Below are positions 30,142 to 32,000 of a stretch of 32,000 bases of DNA, piece after piece. This DNA comes from a cyanobacterium endosymbiont of Epithemia turgida isolate EtSB Lake Yunoko (GTDB lineage: Bacteria; Cyanobacteriota; Cyanobacteriia; Cyanobacteriales; Microcystaceae). The notes under the pieces are model-generated. The model was not told the origin of the DNA. It saw nothing but the letters and a program-made list of their open reading frames with translations, and did no database searches. Made by a program: the position numbers and the translations under genes. Position 1 is the first letter of the stretch. Each line of letters opens with the position of its first letter. The stretch spans positions 630,001-662,000 of the forward strand of contig NZ_AP012549.1 in NCBI RefSeq assembly GCF_000829235.1, read 5' to 3'.

Positions 30142-32000
30142 TAAAAGCTGCCAATGTTATCAAGAATTAATTCTTAGGTCAACTGTGGCAAAAACCTCTT
30201 GATCCTATCAGCATTATTGACACTATTAATTTTTTCTGATTTTTCTTACTGCTTTACCGCAAGAAATTTTTGTAATTGTGGATAATAATTTCAGGTTGTT
30301 AGTCATTGCTTATTTTATATTTTTAGATTCCATTTTTTTAAAAAAGTCATTGCTGAAGGAGCACTATTAACTATGAAAATTTTATTTGGATTAATATGTG
30401 AAGGACTAGCATCAACAGTAGTAATTGTGAAATTATTATTGGTATAAAATCAGAGAGTTTTAGCTGTAATAGTGGTCACCATGAGGTTTATTCTCTTGTC
30501 CACTACATTGCGTCATAGCTTACAATAAAGGATGAGCGACATGAGTAATTGTTACATCAAGAACCTTAAAAAAATTAATTACTTCCAGTGTAGTCTTAGT
30601 AGTTCTTGTTGATCAATTAAGAATACCGACAAAGAAAGTTTTTGTTTATTGGTTATATGATTCCTGAGAATATGATAGCAGAGGTGTCTTGTTTTTATGT
30701 TATTATTTTATCTTTTTTATATTTGAATATTGCTATCTATTTACTAATAGAAAAAAGTACTATAAAAAAAATTATCCAAAAAAATTTTGCGAGCTATGTT
30801 ACTACCGTTACTATTATTTTTATTAGTATTAGATACTATTTTGGGTACTATTTCCCTAGAAGCATATACATTTGTAGAGTTATAAACTGCTATAGTAGCA
30901 GTATCTAATGAACGATTAAGTTGAGTTTCTTTAAAATAAGTTTGTGATGTAAAATCATAAGTGATAACTATACTAATTTTTATCTGTTTTTATATTTTTT
31001 TGTTGATTTTATATTTTAAGCATGAGCTAGTAGTTACTTTATGTTAGTTCTACTAACAAATCTACCAATAGGATAAATAAAATTTTTATTAGTTAGTCTC
31101 ATAAAAATTTTATTTAATGTTTTTTTATTTGTATTTTAAAACTGACTGCAGGAACATTAGACTAAGATTTAATGGAACAGGAGGTGATTATAATAGCTAA
31201 TTTGTAGACCTAATTTTATCTTATTTAAGTCGTAGAGAAATTACTTTTATTTCATTTTAAGTATCGTTACTTATTTTAATTATTAATTAATATTTATTGG
31301 GGTATTTTTTATCCTCTCTAGATTATTTATAATTTTAATAAGTTCAAACTGGTAATAGTTTAGATACATTAGATAATATTCTATATGTAGAAATCATATT
31401 TATACTAAAAAACACCAGTAGATTATTTTAAAATATCTAATAGCTTCATAATTTAAAAGTTAGTGAATGGTTTGTTTTTTTTAGTATTATACAGGCAAGT
31501 TACACAAAACTTTAAATATAAGTATATGTTCAAAAGCAATGATTTAGTACATTTAAAGCATCATAATTTATAGTCAAAATTAATTAAATTAGTCTTCTTT
31601 AGAAGAGTTTAATGGTAACAGCGAAAATACAATGCTAGACCATTTTTTATCTTCGTTAATAGCTAGTTTGGAGAAGTTATGCTAAAACTTAGCAGAGGAT
31701 TAGTTAGCTTTGTATTTTAATATTTGCTAATTAACTATTATATTTAATAACGTAAAATTATGTTTTTGATTTTCCTAATTTGACTTAGTTTAAATAAACT
31801 CATTTTATTCTTAAAGTATTTACTGATGATTGTTTAATATTATATTTATTAATACAACAAATAAAATATTTTTTTGATCAGTAATTTTAAAAACATTACC
31901 TTTAATTTTTAAAGTATTCACTACATTTATAAAGGATAAATATTAATAGTATAAGTATCAAATAATTCAAAAAATATCAACAGGTTCAAATTCAAGAAAT

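Noticed and set aside
30642-30908. 88-aa plus-strand ORF in the terminal desert
   Set aside because: It begins at a non-ATG codon. The Ile/Tyr/Phe-rich hydrophobic low-complexity translation is typical of T-rich DNA. There is no compositional island and no motifs.
1-32000. Insertion sequences, transposases, integrases, prophage genes, rRNA, or other tRNAs
   Set aside because: No translation in the ORF track or in my own reading shows transposase or integrase motifs. There are no terminal inverted repeat pairs flanking an ORF. Apart from tRNA-Phe, no further cloverleaf-like GC-rich segments were seen.

Overview
The window comes from a cyanobacterial chromosome. The evidence is a split beta-prime subunit with a separate rpoC2, a ycf66 gene, and plastoquinone-type ubiD. 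Conserved housekeeping genes (rpoB 3' part, rpoC2, a NarL/LuxR-type response regulator, tRNA-Phe, mnmG, ubiD, ycf66, a citrate-synthase-family gene, lepA, a DUF721 protein) sit as moderately GC-rich islands. Between them lie long, very AT-rich stretches with no credible ORF, totalling about 11 kb. Two more stretches, about 2.2 kb together, are recognisable near-full-length gene fossils: a class-I pyridine nucleotide-disulfide oxidoreductase and surE. I read this as reductive genome evolution, as seen in host-associated cyanobacteria; the lineage cannot be named without a database search. I found no convincing novel multi-gene defence or mobile system, no CRISPR array, no transposase and no rRNA. 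The observations most worth follow-up are: (1) rpoB is followed directly by rpoC2, so rpoC1 is missing from its canonical slot. (2) An intact, strongly AT-biased orphan Dam-family methyltransferase lies alone in the middle of a desert. (3) A tight ycf66 / PD40 / PD40 cluster encodes two paralogous three-blade lipoproteins. (4) The citrate-synthase-family protein has non-canonical residues at normally invariant positions. (5) Long perfect AT-rich palindromes occur in the deserts, one of them inside a dead gene. All functional calls rest on by-eye motif recognition in the supplied translations.
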